A DNA stretch of 64,000 nucleotides from Candidatus Kaiserbacteria bacterium. GTDB lineage: Bacteria; Patescibacteriota; Minisyncoccia; Phycocordibacterales; UBA2100. The stretch spans positions 84,476 to 148,475 of the forward strand of contig JAQBRI010000008.1 in assembly GCA_028286585.1 (NCBI GenBank), read 5' to 3'. Shown here piece after piece: positions 1-9,449 of this stretch. Each line of letters begins with the position of its first letter. The stretch's first letter is position 1. Under the pieces are notes generated by a model. It made no database searches, was not told the DNA's origin, and worked only from the letters and a program-made list of their open reading frames with translations. The position numbers and the translations under genes are program-made.

Positions 1-590
1 CAGAAGTTGCGACCATGGGATATTACATGAACGAAGTAATCGAAAAAAGTACGCTTCCAGAAAAATTCCTTTCGTTTTCACCATGTTACCGCCGCGAGGC
101 AGGAGCGCATGGCAAGGATACTCGTGGATTGATACGTGTACACGAATTTTATAAATGGGAACAGGTTATATTATGCGAAGCATCACACGAGGAATCGGTA
201 AAATGGCATGAATGGCTCAACAGAAATACCGAAGAGTTTATCGAGTCTCTCAAAATTCCGTATCATACTGTTGTTAATTGTGGCGGAGACCTGGGGCTAG
301 GTCAGGTAAAAAAGTACGACATCGAATTATGGGTGCCGGGCGAAAATACATACCGAGAAATTGCTTCCACTTCATACTTTCATGATTTCCAAACTCGTCG
401 TTTAAATATCAGATACAAAGATGATGCCGGTATTATGCGATTTGCACACTCGATGAATTCGACCGCCGTGCCTACTCCTCGCATTTTGGTTTCAATTATT
501 GAAAACTATCAGCGTGCCGACGGTTCGATCGAGATACCTGAAGTACTTCGATCATTTATGGGCAAATATGCGATCGAAAAACGTAATTGA
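1..590 (+). CDS. serS: Seryl-tRNA synthetase, C-terminal part. The 5' end lies outside the window.
   Basis: The frame is open from the window edge. It carries class II aaRS motif 2 'FSPCYRREAG' and the C-terminal SerRS core 'GLGQVKKYDIELWVPGENTYREIASTSYFHDFQTRRLNIRY'. Confidence 0.85.
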   Translation, partial: EVATMGYYMNEVIEKSTLPEKFLSFSPCYRREAGAHGKDTRGLIRVHEFYKWEQVILCEASHEESVKWHEWLNRNTEEFIESLKIPYHTVVNCGGDLGLGQVKKYDIELWVPGENTYREIASTSYFHDFQTRRLNIRYKDDAGIMRFAHSMNSTAVPTPRILVSIIENYQRADGSIEIPEVLRSFMGKYAIEKRN

Positions 591-1494
591 TTTACGCAAT
601 AGGCGTACCGATACAAGAGCCCCGCAGCCAGCTCATGCGGTACGACTCAAGGATATTCGTCGCGCCTCACCAACTCGTGCACGCCGAAGACGGTTTCGTG
701 TTGTCGCACTGTGCATCGTATTCGCATTACTTGTTGCTGGTACCTACAGCGTACATGTTGCCTCGTATGCAGAAAGATTAACGGTACAAGACGCTGTAGT
801 TACTGGTGGTACTCCCACATTGCAAACCCAGGTGCATGATTTTGCACTGCAACAACTACAGGCATCGAGTACATCCTTTTTGTCTAAAAAGAATATATTT
901 TTGTATAATGTTACGCCTCTTGCGACAGCACTCTTTGCAGCATATCCGCAAATAGCTTCAATAAAGATAGAACATACGAGTCTTTTCTCGAGAACACTTA
1001 CAATTACCATCGTTGAGCGAACTATTTATGGATGGTGGTGCGACAACTTTGTTGATTGCTATGCTATGGACGCAACTGGAAAGATATTTGCCCAAGCAAC
1101 TGCCACGAGTTCACTGCAGCATTTTATTTTTAGAGGAGGCATTTCTGCGACATCAAGCCCGATAGGGCAGATGTATTTGCCTACACATATTAAGGCTGTT
1201 AATGAAATGTTGCAGGCGTTTATAGCGGCAGGAGTAACACCGCTTGGCGCAACCGCAGTTAATGATCAGGATTTTAATATAAATTTGTCGGACGGCTCCT
1301 ACATCAAGGCGTCATTTTCTGAAAATCCGACGGATGTCGTAAAAAATGTACTTTTAGTACGTAATTCCAATGAATTGGCGCACGCTACAAGCAGTATCGA
1401 CTATATTGACGCGCGATTTGGCGACCGTATTTATTACAAACTCAAAGTTGGAGAACCTGCCACCTCGACCGCAACATCAAGTCCGTTGCACTAG
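568..1494 (+). CDS. FtsQ/DivIB-like cell-division protein (POTRA-type). The start is uncertain: the track ORF begins at 499 inside serS.
   Basis: A basic cytoplasmic tail (RRASPTRARRRRFR) is followed by one TM helix and then an extracytoplasmic domain. The architecture and size match FtsQ. Confidence 0.5.
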   Translation: MRSKNVIDLRNRRTDTRAPQPAHAVRLKDIRRASPTRARRRRFRVVALCIVFALLVAGTYSVHVASYAERLTVQDAVVTGGTPTLQTQVHDFALQQLQASSTSFLSKKNIFLYNVTPLATALFAAYPQIASIKIEHTSLFSRTLTITIVERTIYGWWCDNFVDCYAMDATGKIFAQATATSSLQHFIFRGGISATSSPIGQMYLPTHIKAVNEMLQAFIAAGVTPLGATAVNDQDFNINLSDGSYIKASFSENPTDVVKNVLLVRNSNELAHATSSIDYIDARFGDRIYYKLKVGEPATSTATSSPLH

Positions 1495-1534
1495 CGATTA
1501 CTCAATTCTGCGCAAAATATGCTAGTGTATCTCC

Positions 1535-2497
1535 ATGGAATCGTTTTGGAACAAACTAGAAAAGCCTTTCTTTGTATTAGCGCCAATGGAAGACGTGACT
1601 GATGCCGCATTCCGCAAACTTATTGCAGAATACGGAAAGCCCGACGTTACCTGGACTGAATTTACATCTGCCGATGGCCTCGTACGTGCAAACGAAAAAG
1701 GCATGCGCCGGCTCAAACAAAAATTGCTGTACCAAGAGGGCGAGCGACCAATCGTGGCCCAGCTGTTTTCTGCTAATCCAGATAATATGGAAGTTGCGAG
1801 CAGACTGTGTGCAGAACTTGGGTTTGATGGGATAGACATCAATATGGGCTGCCCCGACAAGACTGTCGAAAAACAAATGTGCGGCTCGGGAATGATCAAA
1901 CACCCAGAACGGGCTATCGAAATTATCCGTGCTGCAAAAAGGGGAGCGGGCAGTGTGCCCGTAAGTGTTAAGACCCGCATCGGGTACGCAGGGGATGAAA
2001 TAGATACATGGATAGCGACTTTGCTTCGTGAAGACTTGGCCGCACTTACGGTGCATTTGCGTACTCGTAACGAAATGTCAGATGTGCCAGCACATTGGGA
2101 TCTTATGCCGCGCATCGTTGCCTTGCGAAATAATATTGCACCGCATACGCGCATAATAGGGAACGGTGATGTTCAAAACATTGCAGATGCAAAAAATAAA
2201 ATAGAAGAGAGCGGCTGTGATGGCGCAATGTTTGGTCGCGCAATATTTGGCAACCCATGGCTGTTCACAGGTGTCGACAAAGACACAATTTCACCAGACG
2301 AAAAAGTAAAGACCCTTATAAAGCACATTTCATATTTTCAGGAATTGCTTACAGGAATAGTAAGCGAAGCCGTGATGAAGCGGCATTTTAAGGCGTATGT
2401 GTATGGATGGCCAGGAGCGGTCGAATTGCGAAGCAAACTCATGGAAACAAATAATCTGGACGAAGCAAAAGAGATATTGAGTACGGTCACTTTGTAG
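1535..2497 (+). CDS. dusB: tRNA-dihydrouridine synthase (Dus family)
   Basis: It has the N-terminal Dus signature 'LAPMEDVTD', the 'INMGCP' motif and a catalytic Cys context; 320 aa. Confidence 0.85.
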   Translation: MESFWNKLEKPFFVLAPMEDVTDAAFRKLIAEYGKPDVTWTEFTSADGLVRANEKGMRRLKQKLLYQEGERPIVAQLFSANPDNMEVASRLCAELGFDGIDINMGCPDKTVEKQMCGSGMIKHPERAIEIIRAAKRGAGSVPVSVKTRIGYAGDEIDTWIATLLREDLAALTVHLRTRNEMSDVPAHWDLMPRIVALRNNIAPHTRIIGNGDVQNIADAKNKIEESGCDGAMFGRAIFGNPWLFTGVDKDTISPDEKVKTLIKHISYFQELLTGIVSEAVMKRHFKAYVYGWPGAVELRSKLMETNNLDEAKEILSTVTL

Positions 2498-2510
2498 TAT
2501 AATCATCATC

Positions 2511-3551
2511 ATGACAGAAACAGAGCATTCGACGCTTTATCGAACATACCGCCCGGGTACCTTCGAGGAAATGAAAGGGCAAGAGCATATCGTTACTGCT
2601 CTTACGCAGTCGATCAAGTCTGGCAAAATTGCTCATGCATATTTATTTTCAGGTGGACGAGGTACCGGCAAAACGACTGCAGCCCGAATCTTGGCCAAGT
2701 CGCTGGGTGTTTCGAATAAAGATATTATCGAAATGGACGCTGCAAGTAATCGCGGCATTGATGACATTCGCGAATTGCGCGAAGGTGTTTGGGTCATGCC
2801 TTTTGAATCTCCCTACAATCTATACATTATCGACGAAGCACACATGCTCACCAAAGAGGCATGGAATGCACTTTTGAAAACGCTTGAGGAACCGCCATCG
2901 CATGTGATATTTGTTTTAGCAACAACCGAGCGTGACAAAGTGCCCGAAACTATACAATCGAGATGCGAAATTCATACCTTTAGACAGCCTTCACGAGAAC
3001 TGCTTTTTGAAACCGTTACGCGTGTTGCAAAAGAAGAAGGCTTTGCGCTTGAACCAGCGGGAGCAGAGCTTGTTGCGTTACTTGCCGAAGGGTCTTTTCG
3101 TGATGCACTTTCGATTTTGCAAAAGGTGCTTGGTTCGGCATCCGGCAAAAAAATCGATATCGCACATGTTGAGCAAATGTCAGGAGCTCCACGTGGAGAA
3201 ATAGTGAGAACTTTTGTGCGAGCTATAGGCGAAAGAAATACGGCACAGGCACTTACTGCAATAGGGATAGCAGTCAAGGAAAATATCGATATGCGTACGT
3301 TCACAAAACTGATTATCAATCGATTGCGAATCGTCCTTCTCACACGTTTTGCACCGGATTTGGCAAATGACCTATCGGCTGAACTAACAGAAGCCGATGC
3401 AACGTTAATAACCGAATTGAGTAAGAACAAAAACGTTACCTCGGACACGCTCCGAACTATCCTAGAAGCCTATTCACAAATGGCATATGCCGCCGTCCCG
3501 CACTTACCGCTTGAGCTAGCAGTGGTCGATATGGCAAAAGAACCTTTGTAA
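2511..3551 (+). CDS. dnaX: DNA polymerase III subunit gamma/tau (short form)
   Basis: The N-terminus 'YRPGTFEEMKGQEHIV' is followed by Walker A 'GGRGTGKTT' and Walker B 'YIIDEAHML', then 'SRC' sensor motifs typical of clamp-loader subunits. Confidence 0.8.
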   Translation: MTETEHSTLYRTYRPGTFEEMKGQEHIVTALTQSIKSGKIAHAYLFSGGRGTGKTTAARILAKSLGVSNKDIIEMDAASNRGIDDIRELREGVWVMPFESPYNLYIIDEAHMLTKEAWNALLKTLEEPPSHVIFVLATTERDKVPETIQSRCEIHTFRQPSRELLFETVTRVAKEEGFALEPAGAELVALLAEGSFRDALSILQKVLGSASGKKIDIAHVEQMSGAPRGEIVRTFVRAIGERNTAQALTAIGIAVKENIDMRTFTKLIINRLRIVLLTRFAPDLANDLSAELTEADATLITELSKNKNVTSDTLRTILEAYSQMAYAAVPHLPLELAVVDMAKEPL

Positions 3552-3596
3552 TTCGGGCAAATTTAGGCTAAGATATTACTGTTTCAGTAAAAATAT

Positions 3597-3670
3597 TGGG
3601 AGATCGTCTAATGGTAGGACAGCAGCCTTTGAAGCTGTGAATCTTGGTTCGATCCCAAGTCTCCCAGCCA
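3597..3670 (+). tRNA. tRNA-Gln (anticodon UUG), with encoded CCA
   Basis: Manual fold: acceptor TGGGAGA/TCTCCCA, D-arm GTC-TAATGGTAG-GAC, anticodon stem GCAGC/GCTGT with loop CTTTGAA (UUG), T-arm CTTGG-TTCGATC-CCAAG, discriminator G, then CCA. Confidence 0.9.
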
Positions 3671-5359
3671 AGTTGGAACTCGATGAGGGAACGTGCCTGC
3701 AAGTCTTTCATTGAAGCCATCATTTGTAGGTTCGAGCGTCGAATGCAGTTTACGCTGCGTTTGTAATTCATTTTCTATCAATAAATACGGATGGAGCTTA
3801 TTAATCATAAGTTTTTTGTCTTTTAAGGTTAGGTTCGAGCCGATTGTCGAAAAAATACTTCGCCTCGTCTTTGTATCGCCGTTCATAAATTTCACTCGTG
3901 CCAAGTGGCAGAAATCGACGACTCGCACCGTTTCTTCAAGGGATTGCTCAAAATGATCACCTATTTCTATGATGCGCTTTTCCAGATTTCTTCGCTCTAT
4001 GGAAAGTTCATTTTTCTTAAATAGAAATTCATCAGGTGAAAATATCTCATGATTAGAATTGTGAGCAGATGTATATTCTCGCTCGAGGTTCTTAAAACGC
4101 GTTTGGCAATCTGCTAGGGCAGCATTTAGTGAATCTCGAATTTTCTTCTCATCGTTTCCATCATGTTTGCGTTTCTCTTGCAGATATTCCAGAGCAAGGT
4201 TCAGATAATCGTCGTCGATAGTAATGTCACCAAGAATGATATCAATTTGTCGTACTAGCTCGCTCTCCAGTATGCTACCTTGAGTACATTTCAAATTCTT
4301 TTTCTTTGTGCAATGGTAATACACATAATGCAAAGTCTTTGGCTCTTCCATTTTGTTTATCTTTTTACCACATTTTGGGCACTCAGTTTTATTTTTGTAT
4401 GAAAACTTGTTTTTGCAGTTCGTGCAGATCAGTTGATTTTTTATATCCACCGTGACAGATGAATCACATTCGCCACATCTTATGAGGCCTGTATATGAAG
4501 ATTCGTGTACGCGGCCTCTATGCTTTGATTTATTGCCAAGTAAGATTTGGATACGCAGAAACTCAGCTTCGGTAATCATTGGCATATGGTTACCTTTGTG
4601 AAGTTCACGCACGCTAGTTTCAGAATTTTTCCATTCGAAGTAGCCGTAATAGAACGGATTATTTAAAATTTGATATAAGTTGCTGAATACCAGTGGGCGA
4701 CCGCCAGATTTTTTCTTGTGCATAGTTCGGTACCCCCATTGGTTATTCATGATATCCAAAAGTTTAATGCCAGAGTATTCCCCAGTGAGATATAAACTAA
4801 ACATGCTACGAATTAAATCGAAACGCTCAGGATCGGGAATAATGGTGCGATTACCTTGCTCTCCGGTAAGTAAGTAGCCCGGAGCTGTTATACCAGGTCG
4901 CCAGCCATGCATAACACGGCTCTGTAGGCCACGTTTAACATTCTTCGACAGTCTCATCACATAATCCGTCGCACGACCTCCTTCGATGCTCATTAGTAAG
5001 CCTGCGTCCTCTGGGTAATATGCACGCCCTGGAGTCTTAATAACTTTAATCACACTTTTCTGTAGCATCCACTGGAGTTGTCCGTTGTCTATCGGATTAC
5101 GAGATAAACGATCGATGTCCCAGCATATTAATGCATTTGCTTCTCCTTTCTCAATACGACGTAACATTTCATTGAATATAGGTCGCCCTGGATCTTTTGC
5201 GCTGCGCACCTCAGTAAATGGAGTATTGACTAATGTGATACATTCACGCTCTGCCAGTGTTTGCAGAGCATGCACCTGGTCGCCAATGGATGCTATTTGT
5301 CGTTGTGAATCCTCGGAACTTTTTCGACAGTATGCAAAGTATTTTAATGAGGATTCCAT
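3608..5359 (-). CDS. Large serine recombinase (integrase). Its C-terminal ~20 codons are read antisense through tRNA-Gln.
   Basis: The resolvase-type catalytic domain has 'YCRKSSEDS' and 'DRLSRN'. A recombinase domain, a Cys-rich zinc ribbon (CGECDSS...CTNCKNK...CPKCGKK) and a coiled-coil tail follow; 583 aa. Confidence 0.85.
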   Translation of the reverse strand: MESSLKYFAYCRKSSEDSQRQIASIGDQVHALQTLAERECITLVNTPFTEVRSAKDPGRPIFNEMLRRIEKGEANALICWDIDRLSRNPIDNGQLQWMLQKSVIKVIKTPGRAYYPEDAGLLMSIEGGRATDYVMRLSKNVKRGLQSRVMHGWRPGITAPGYLLTGEQGNRTIIPDPERFDLIRSMFSLYLTGEYSGIKLLDIMNNQWGYRTMHKKKSGGRPLVFSNLYQILNNPFYYGYFEWKNSETSVRELHKGNHMPMITEAEFLRIQILLGNKSKHRGRVHESSYTGLIRCGECDSSVTVDIKNQLICTNCKNKFSYKNKTECPKCGKKINKMEEPKTLHYVYYHCTKKKNLKCTQGSILESELVRQIDIILGDITIDDDYLNLALEYLQEKRKHDGNDEKKIRDSLNAALADCQTRFKNLEREYTSAHNSNHEIFSPDEFLFKKNELSIERRNLEKRIIEIGDHFEQSLEETVRVVDFCHLARVKFMNGDTKTRRSIFSTIGSNLTLKDKKLMINKLHPYLLIENELQTQRKLHSTLEPTNDGFNERLAGTFPHRVPTWLGDLGSNQDSQLQRLLSYH

Positions 5360-5491
5360 AAAGGGTATATATTGATAATAACATTACTTATAAATGGGCT
5401 CAGTTGATCGGCAGAAAACGTACATTACTAATGTATTGCAATTTTGCTGAATTAATACCAGAAAGAGATAAGCAAAGTGGCAACACATATA

Positions 5492-7543
5492 CTAAAAGTC
5501 ATCTAATAGTTTTTGCAATTCATCAGGCTCTACAAGCTCGGGTCGTGGTGATACTTCATTTTGCATAAAGTATTCATCTCTTTTCCCTTTTTTTCTTTTT
5601 CCAATGATATTGGAAGTAAGTAAGCTTTTTAAGGCGTCCTGAACATTACGTTGCCCAATTTGCTTATTGGATTGACAAATACGTTTAATATCCGGAGTCG
5701 TTTGTGGTCCTTCAATAAGAATACTTGGAATGTATTCAATCGCCTCACTAATTTTAGATTCCTTTTCTTCAATTTCTCCATTGTAAATCAACGAAGTCTT
5801 TCGCTGAATTTGGCTTTCATCATCAACCATATCGACCTTAAAAGGTTCAATTTCCTTGTCTAAACGATTTTTTCGTTGATAGATAGTAATGCTGTCATTT
5901 GTTTTCTTCATCATTAACAATATATCTACGCTTGCTGCTTTATCTTGACTACCCAGGAGGTGTTCCTTTTTCGGGACGCCCCCATCGAATCTTTCCGGTT
6001 TGCGTAAATGGTCAAGCCAAATGAAGCACACATTATTTTCTCTCATCTTTTTATAACGGTTAAAGAATTTTCTGATTTCTTCGGCTTTTTGTTCTTCCAA
6101 ACCACCTGCAACAGCACGAAATGTATCAATTATGACAACATCTATTTTTTGATTATGTATCGTCTCAATCAATTCTTTTGCCCAGGCATCATCATTTAGA
6201 TTAATATCATCGGCAGGTAGAAAGATTAGGTTGTCTGAGTCTGTCATACCAAGCTGTCTGCCGCGACTTTGAATTTGCCGTTTGCCGTTTTCTGCATCTA
6301 CGTACAGCACTCGACCTTGCTGGGTTGGATATTTTTCTTCACCAAATAAAGGGGCACCGCTTGATATACATTTTGCAAATTCCATAGCCATCCAGGTCTT
6401 ACCTTCACCTGAGATTGAGGCGAGAATCACTATACCTGCTTTTGGAATAAGGTTCGGGATGCGCCATCGATTTGAAGGGAATTCAAGGGCATCGAGCTCA
6501 CTCCATCGCATCGTGCATATTTTTTTCGTTTTTTCTTCAATATCTGGCTTTTTTTCAGCAAAATTATTTCTTTTCGACTGATCTGGATACTTATTGCATA
6601 ACCACTTATAGGCCTCCTTGTTATCAATTTTAAGTGTTTCGGCAACATAAGTAATGGCATTACCTTTTGCCGGAAAGTCACTACTCGTTGTTGCAATGTA
6701 ATTTCCATCACCTTGGCGGCCTTTAAATGTAGCAGTAGTAACACCATCTATAACAAGATGCCCCTGTTTATTAAACTCGGCCTTTTTCCCAAGTTCTGCC
6801 CATACATCAATTGCGGTTTGTTGAATATCGAAACCCTCACGATCCGCGCTAGCTTCAGTGTTCTTCTGACTAACAGGCTCTTCTGCTTTAGATTGCGATG
6901 GAGTATAGGGAAAGTATTGTTCGAGTTCAGTAATCGTATATGTTTTCCCGTTACCATTTTCCTCAGTGATTAAATAAGGTTCAGATTTGTTGTGATAATA
7001 TCCTGGTTTTCTCAACACACGCGTTACGTCCTTTACAGGATCGCCTTTTGAACCATATTTTATTGACCATTGTATTACACCATTTACCACGTTCTTATAT
7101 CGCTCCTGAGTATGTGTATCAATTTTGTCTTCGTTCAACCACCAGAGTGGTTGTAGGCCATTTTTAGTTATAATCCACACTGAAGGTGAGCAGTGAGCTG
7201 TAAATGCCATTTTAAGGTCAGTCTTGCGACTTTCACGATCCGACTCACTAATTTTTTCGTCGTCCTTGCATACATCAAGATCAGCAAAAACTGCATTCAA
7301 TTTCGTTAAAAATTCTTTGTTACGCTTTGTTTTAGCACCAGATTCTCTTAATTGCTCATGTGTAGCAAAAAAAGAATTTGCTGTCTCAAAGATTCCATAA
7401 CCCTGTGCATTTATGGCCTTAAGTTTATCTTCATGAGGATTTTCAAGTGTAATAGGTATTTTTACCTTGTCTTTATCACTGAAACAAACGACTAGTCGTA
7501 TACCTTGGGTCTCGATTGCTTGAATCGAGCTATTAGTTTCCAT
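5492..7543 (-). CDS. Replication protein of the element: an N-terminal primase-like domain fused to a RepA/DnaB-family P-loop ATPase (helicase-like)
   Basis: The C-terminal half has Walker A 'ASISGEGKTWMAMEFA', Walker B 'VVIIDTF' and 'LDHLRK', as in AAA_25/RepA-like replicative ATPases. The N-terminal ~320 aa resemble phage/plasmid primase N-domains. Total 683 aa. Confidence 0.65.
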   Translation of the reverse strand: METNSSIQAIETQGIRLVVCFSDKDKVKIPITLENPHEDKLKAINAQGYGIFETANSFFATHEQLRESGAKTKRNKEFLTKLNAVFADLDVCKDDEKISESDRESRKTDLKMAFTAHCSPSVWIITKNGLQPLWWLNEDKIDTHTQERYKNVVNGVIQWSIKYGSKGDPVKDVTRVLRKPGYYHNKSEPYLITEENGNGKTYTITELEQYFPYTPSQSKAEEPVSQKNTEASADREGFDIQQTAIDVWAELGKKAEFNKQGHLVIDGVTTATFKGRQGDGNYIATTSSDFPAKGNAITYVAETLKIDNKEAYKWLCNKYPDQSKRNNFAEKKPDIEEKTKKICTMRWSELDALEFPSNRWRIPNLIPKAGIVILASISGEGKTWMAMEFAKCISSGAPLFGEEKYPTQQGRVLYVDAENGKRQIQSRGRQLGMTDSDNLIFLPADDINLNDDAWAKELIETIHNQKIDVVIIDTFRAVAGGLEEQKAEEIRKFFNRYKKMRENNVCFIWLDHLRKPERFDGGVPKKEHLLGSQDKAASVDILLMMKKTNDSITIYQRKNRLDKEIEPFKVDMVDDESQIQRKTSLIYNGEIEEKESKISEAIEYIPSILIEGPQTTPDIKRICQSNKQIGQRNVQDALKSLLTSNIIGKRKKGKRDEYFMQNEVSPRPELVEPDELQKLLDDF

Positions 7544-7819
7544 ATTTTTGAACAGCTAGAGGAACTGCATCCACAAGCGTCACCAATTTCTCAAAAAGCA
7601 GAAGAGTATCATCTTCAGATAAGATTTTGCCAGTCTTAATTTCGTGGAGATCTCTGAATTGGTTCAGATATTTTGCTTTATCTAGCATACATCCGCTCAA
7701 GGTTATGCAGGCTCAATCGTGGTGGACCTGCACACCCTTAAAAGGACGTACCCACGATTGATGGAACTCTTTTTTGCGGTGGATGAAGAATAGACTTCAA
7801 TCATTTCTAAACGCAAATA

Positions 7820-7883
7820 AGATAACAAACCAAAAGGTTTATCTTTAAAATTTATCTTATTTTTTATCTATGAAATTATCTTT
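7820..7883. repeat. Cluster of five TTATC(T) heptamer repeats (iteron-like or DnaA-box-core-like) upstream of the replication gene
   Basis: TTATCTT at 7839, 7852 and 7877, TTATCTA at 7864, and an inverted GATAAC at 7820, all in an AT-rich non-coding stretch. Confidence 0.4.
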
Positions 7884-8233
7884 TCTTCGAGAAGTCGGGT
7901 TTGGCATAAATGCCGCCGCCTGTATTCTCTGCTTTCCTAATAACAATATCACATAATATAAGTATGTAAAATTTGATACGTGTATAAGTAAAAAAATGTG
8001 CTTTTGTCATAAATTGTGTAAAATGTATATACACAACCAATATCGAGCCGAAAGGCAAGTGCCTAAACTATCGAGTAATCGATGGCATGGTGCAAAATCG
8101 CGACAAATGTAGAAAACCCGTTATCAGGGCGTTTGTCGCGTTATGCAGGGAAACTTGCATAGGGCCGCAAGGCCTCCTGGTAGCGGGCTTTATGTTGCCC
8201 AGCTATCAGCATTATCAGTAATGCAAAAAAGCT

Positions 8234-9394
8234 ATGAGCAAAATACTTTCATTTCTAAATTTGATCGGCGCTTTTTTAATTTTTTTAGTATATATCGCAA
8301 TAGCACTTACGCTACTTCTTTTTATACCCACATTACTCTTTGGAGGAGGAGTTTGGTTTTATACAGATTATCTTGCGCCTCTCTTAAAATATGTAGATTA
8401 CATAGCAGCCCTACTTTCTATAATCTTTTTGTTTCTTTGCATTTTTCGCAAGTACAGAATATTCGCTGGGTCGGCTCTAGTCTATTGCTCATATGCGATC
8501 GGTGTTGACCTGTGGTTTCAGTCACTCATTAACACCTACATTTCTTTCGGTCCTGTCGGTACTATATTAGGAGTGTTTTTTCTAGGAGTTGGTGTTTTCT
8601 TTACGGGACTTGTTGCACTATTATGGGCTCACTTATTCACCGCATTTTGGTCACTTCTTGGTTCGGGCTTATACATGATTGGAATACGATGGTTTGGTTT
8701 ATATATCGCACAAAATGAGACTGATAGTCAATATGATCCAAATTTGGACGAACCCGATGAGGATGGAATTACAGAGCGAATGATTCAGAAAATGATAAGT
8801 AAAAATGGGAGCAATAAAAATGTAATAGAAGATATTAGCACGGAATATATAGAGCCAAGGCAAGAGATTGTGAAATTCGACGCAGAAGAGTATCTCTCTC
8901 TGCTGAAAATTACAGAAACATTTATTAATAGAGGGAGATCGGACGATCCACCAAGATTTGTTATTTTTATGGGAGGAGTGGGTAGCGGAAAAACGACATC
9001 ACGCAGGGTGAATTTTTCTATCAACTACGTTAATTTTGATTTTGGAGAAATCCATCTCTCGCTAGAAAAAGCATTTGGTGTGAAATTTCCTCGAATTTCG
9101 GAGTATGCCTCTTATGTAAGTGATCTTGTCTTGCGGCAAGCTCTGCAAGAAAGAAAAAAAATCGTCATTGAAATTATAGGTGATAGCTACGCTCTGATTT
9201 CTCCGGTAATTAATGCAATGAAGGGAATCGGATATGACGTCTCTATAGAAGGTATCATAGATGACACTGTTGCAAGTTACGGAAGATATATGTATGCAGT
9301 GGATAAAGATCCTGACTATATCTCGGCAGCCGATACTCAGGAATTAACACTAAGTTTTTTCCATCACTATTTCGGACTGGTACCAGCGCCATGA
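8234..9394 (+). CDS. Membrane-anchored P-loop NTPase (kinase- or zeta-toxin-like C-terminal domain)
   Basis: About five predicted TM helices in the first 160 aa. The soluble C-terminal domain has Walker A 'FMGGVGSGKTTSRR'. Confidence 0.5.
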   Translation: MSKILSFLNLIGAFLIFLVYIAIALTLLLFIPTLLFGGGVWFYTDYLAPLLKYVDYIAALLSIIFLFLCIFRKYRIFAGSALVYCSYAIGVDLWFQSLINTYISFGPVGTILGVFFLGVGVFFTGLVALLWAHLFTAFWSLLGSGLYMIGIRWFGLYIAQNETDSQYDPNLDEPDEDGITERMIQKMISKNGSNKNVIEDISTEYIEPRQEIVKFDAEEYLSLLKITETFINRGRSDDPPRFVIFMGGVGSGKTTSRRVNFSINYVNFDFGEIHLSLEKAFGVKFPRISEYASYVSDLVLRQALQERKKIVIEIIGDSYALISPVINAMKGIGYDVSIEGIIDDTVASYGRYMYAVDKDPDYISAADTQELTLSFFHHYFGLVPAP

Positions 9395-9449
9395 ACCGAA
9401 TGTCTCAGAGGGCAATAGAGTTGCGGTATTAGCGAGACAAGTAGTATAG

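Noticed and set aside
1522-2154. 210-aa minus-strand ORF and other long antisense ORFs (e.g. 2972-3448, 1577-2056, 9773-10070, 29501-29797)
   Set aside because: They lie fully inside well-supported genes on the opposite strand (dusB, dnaX, cfa and others) and have no motifs or RBS. They are spurious antisense frames.
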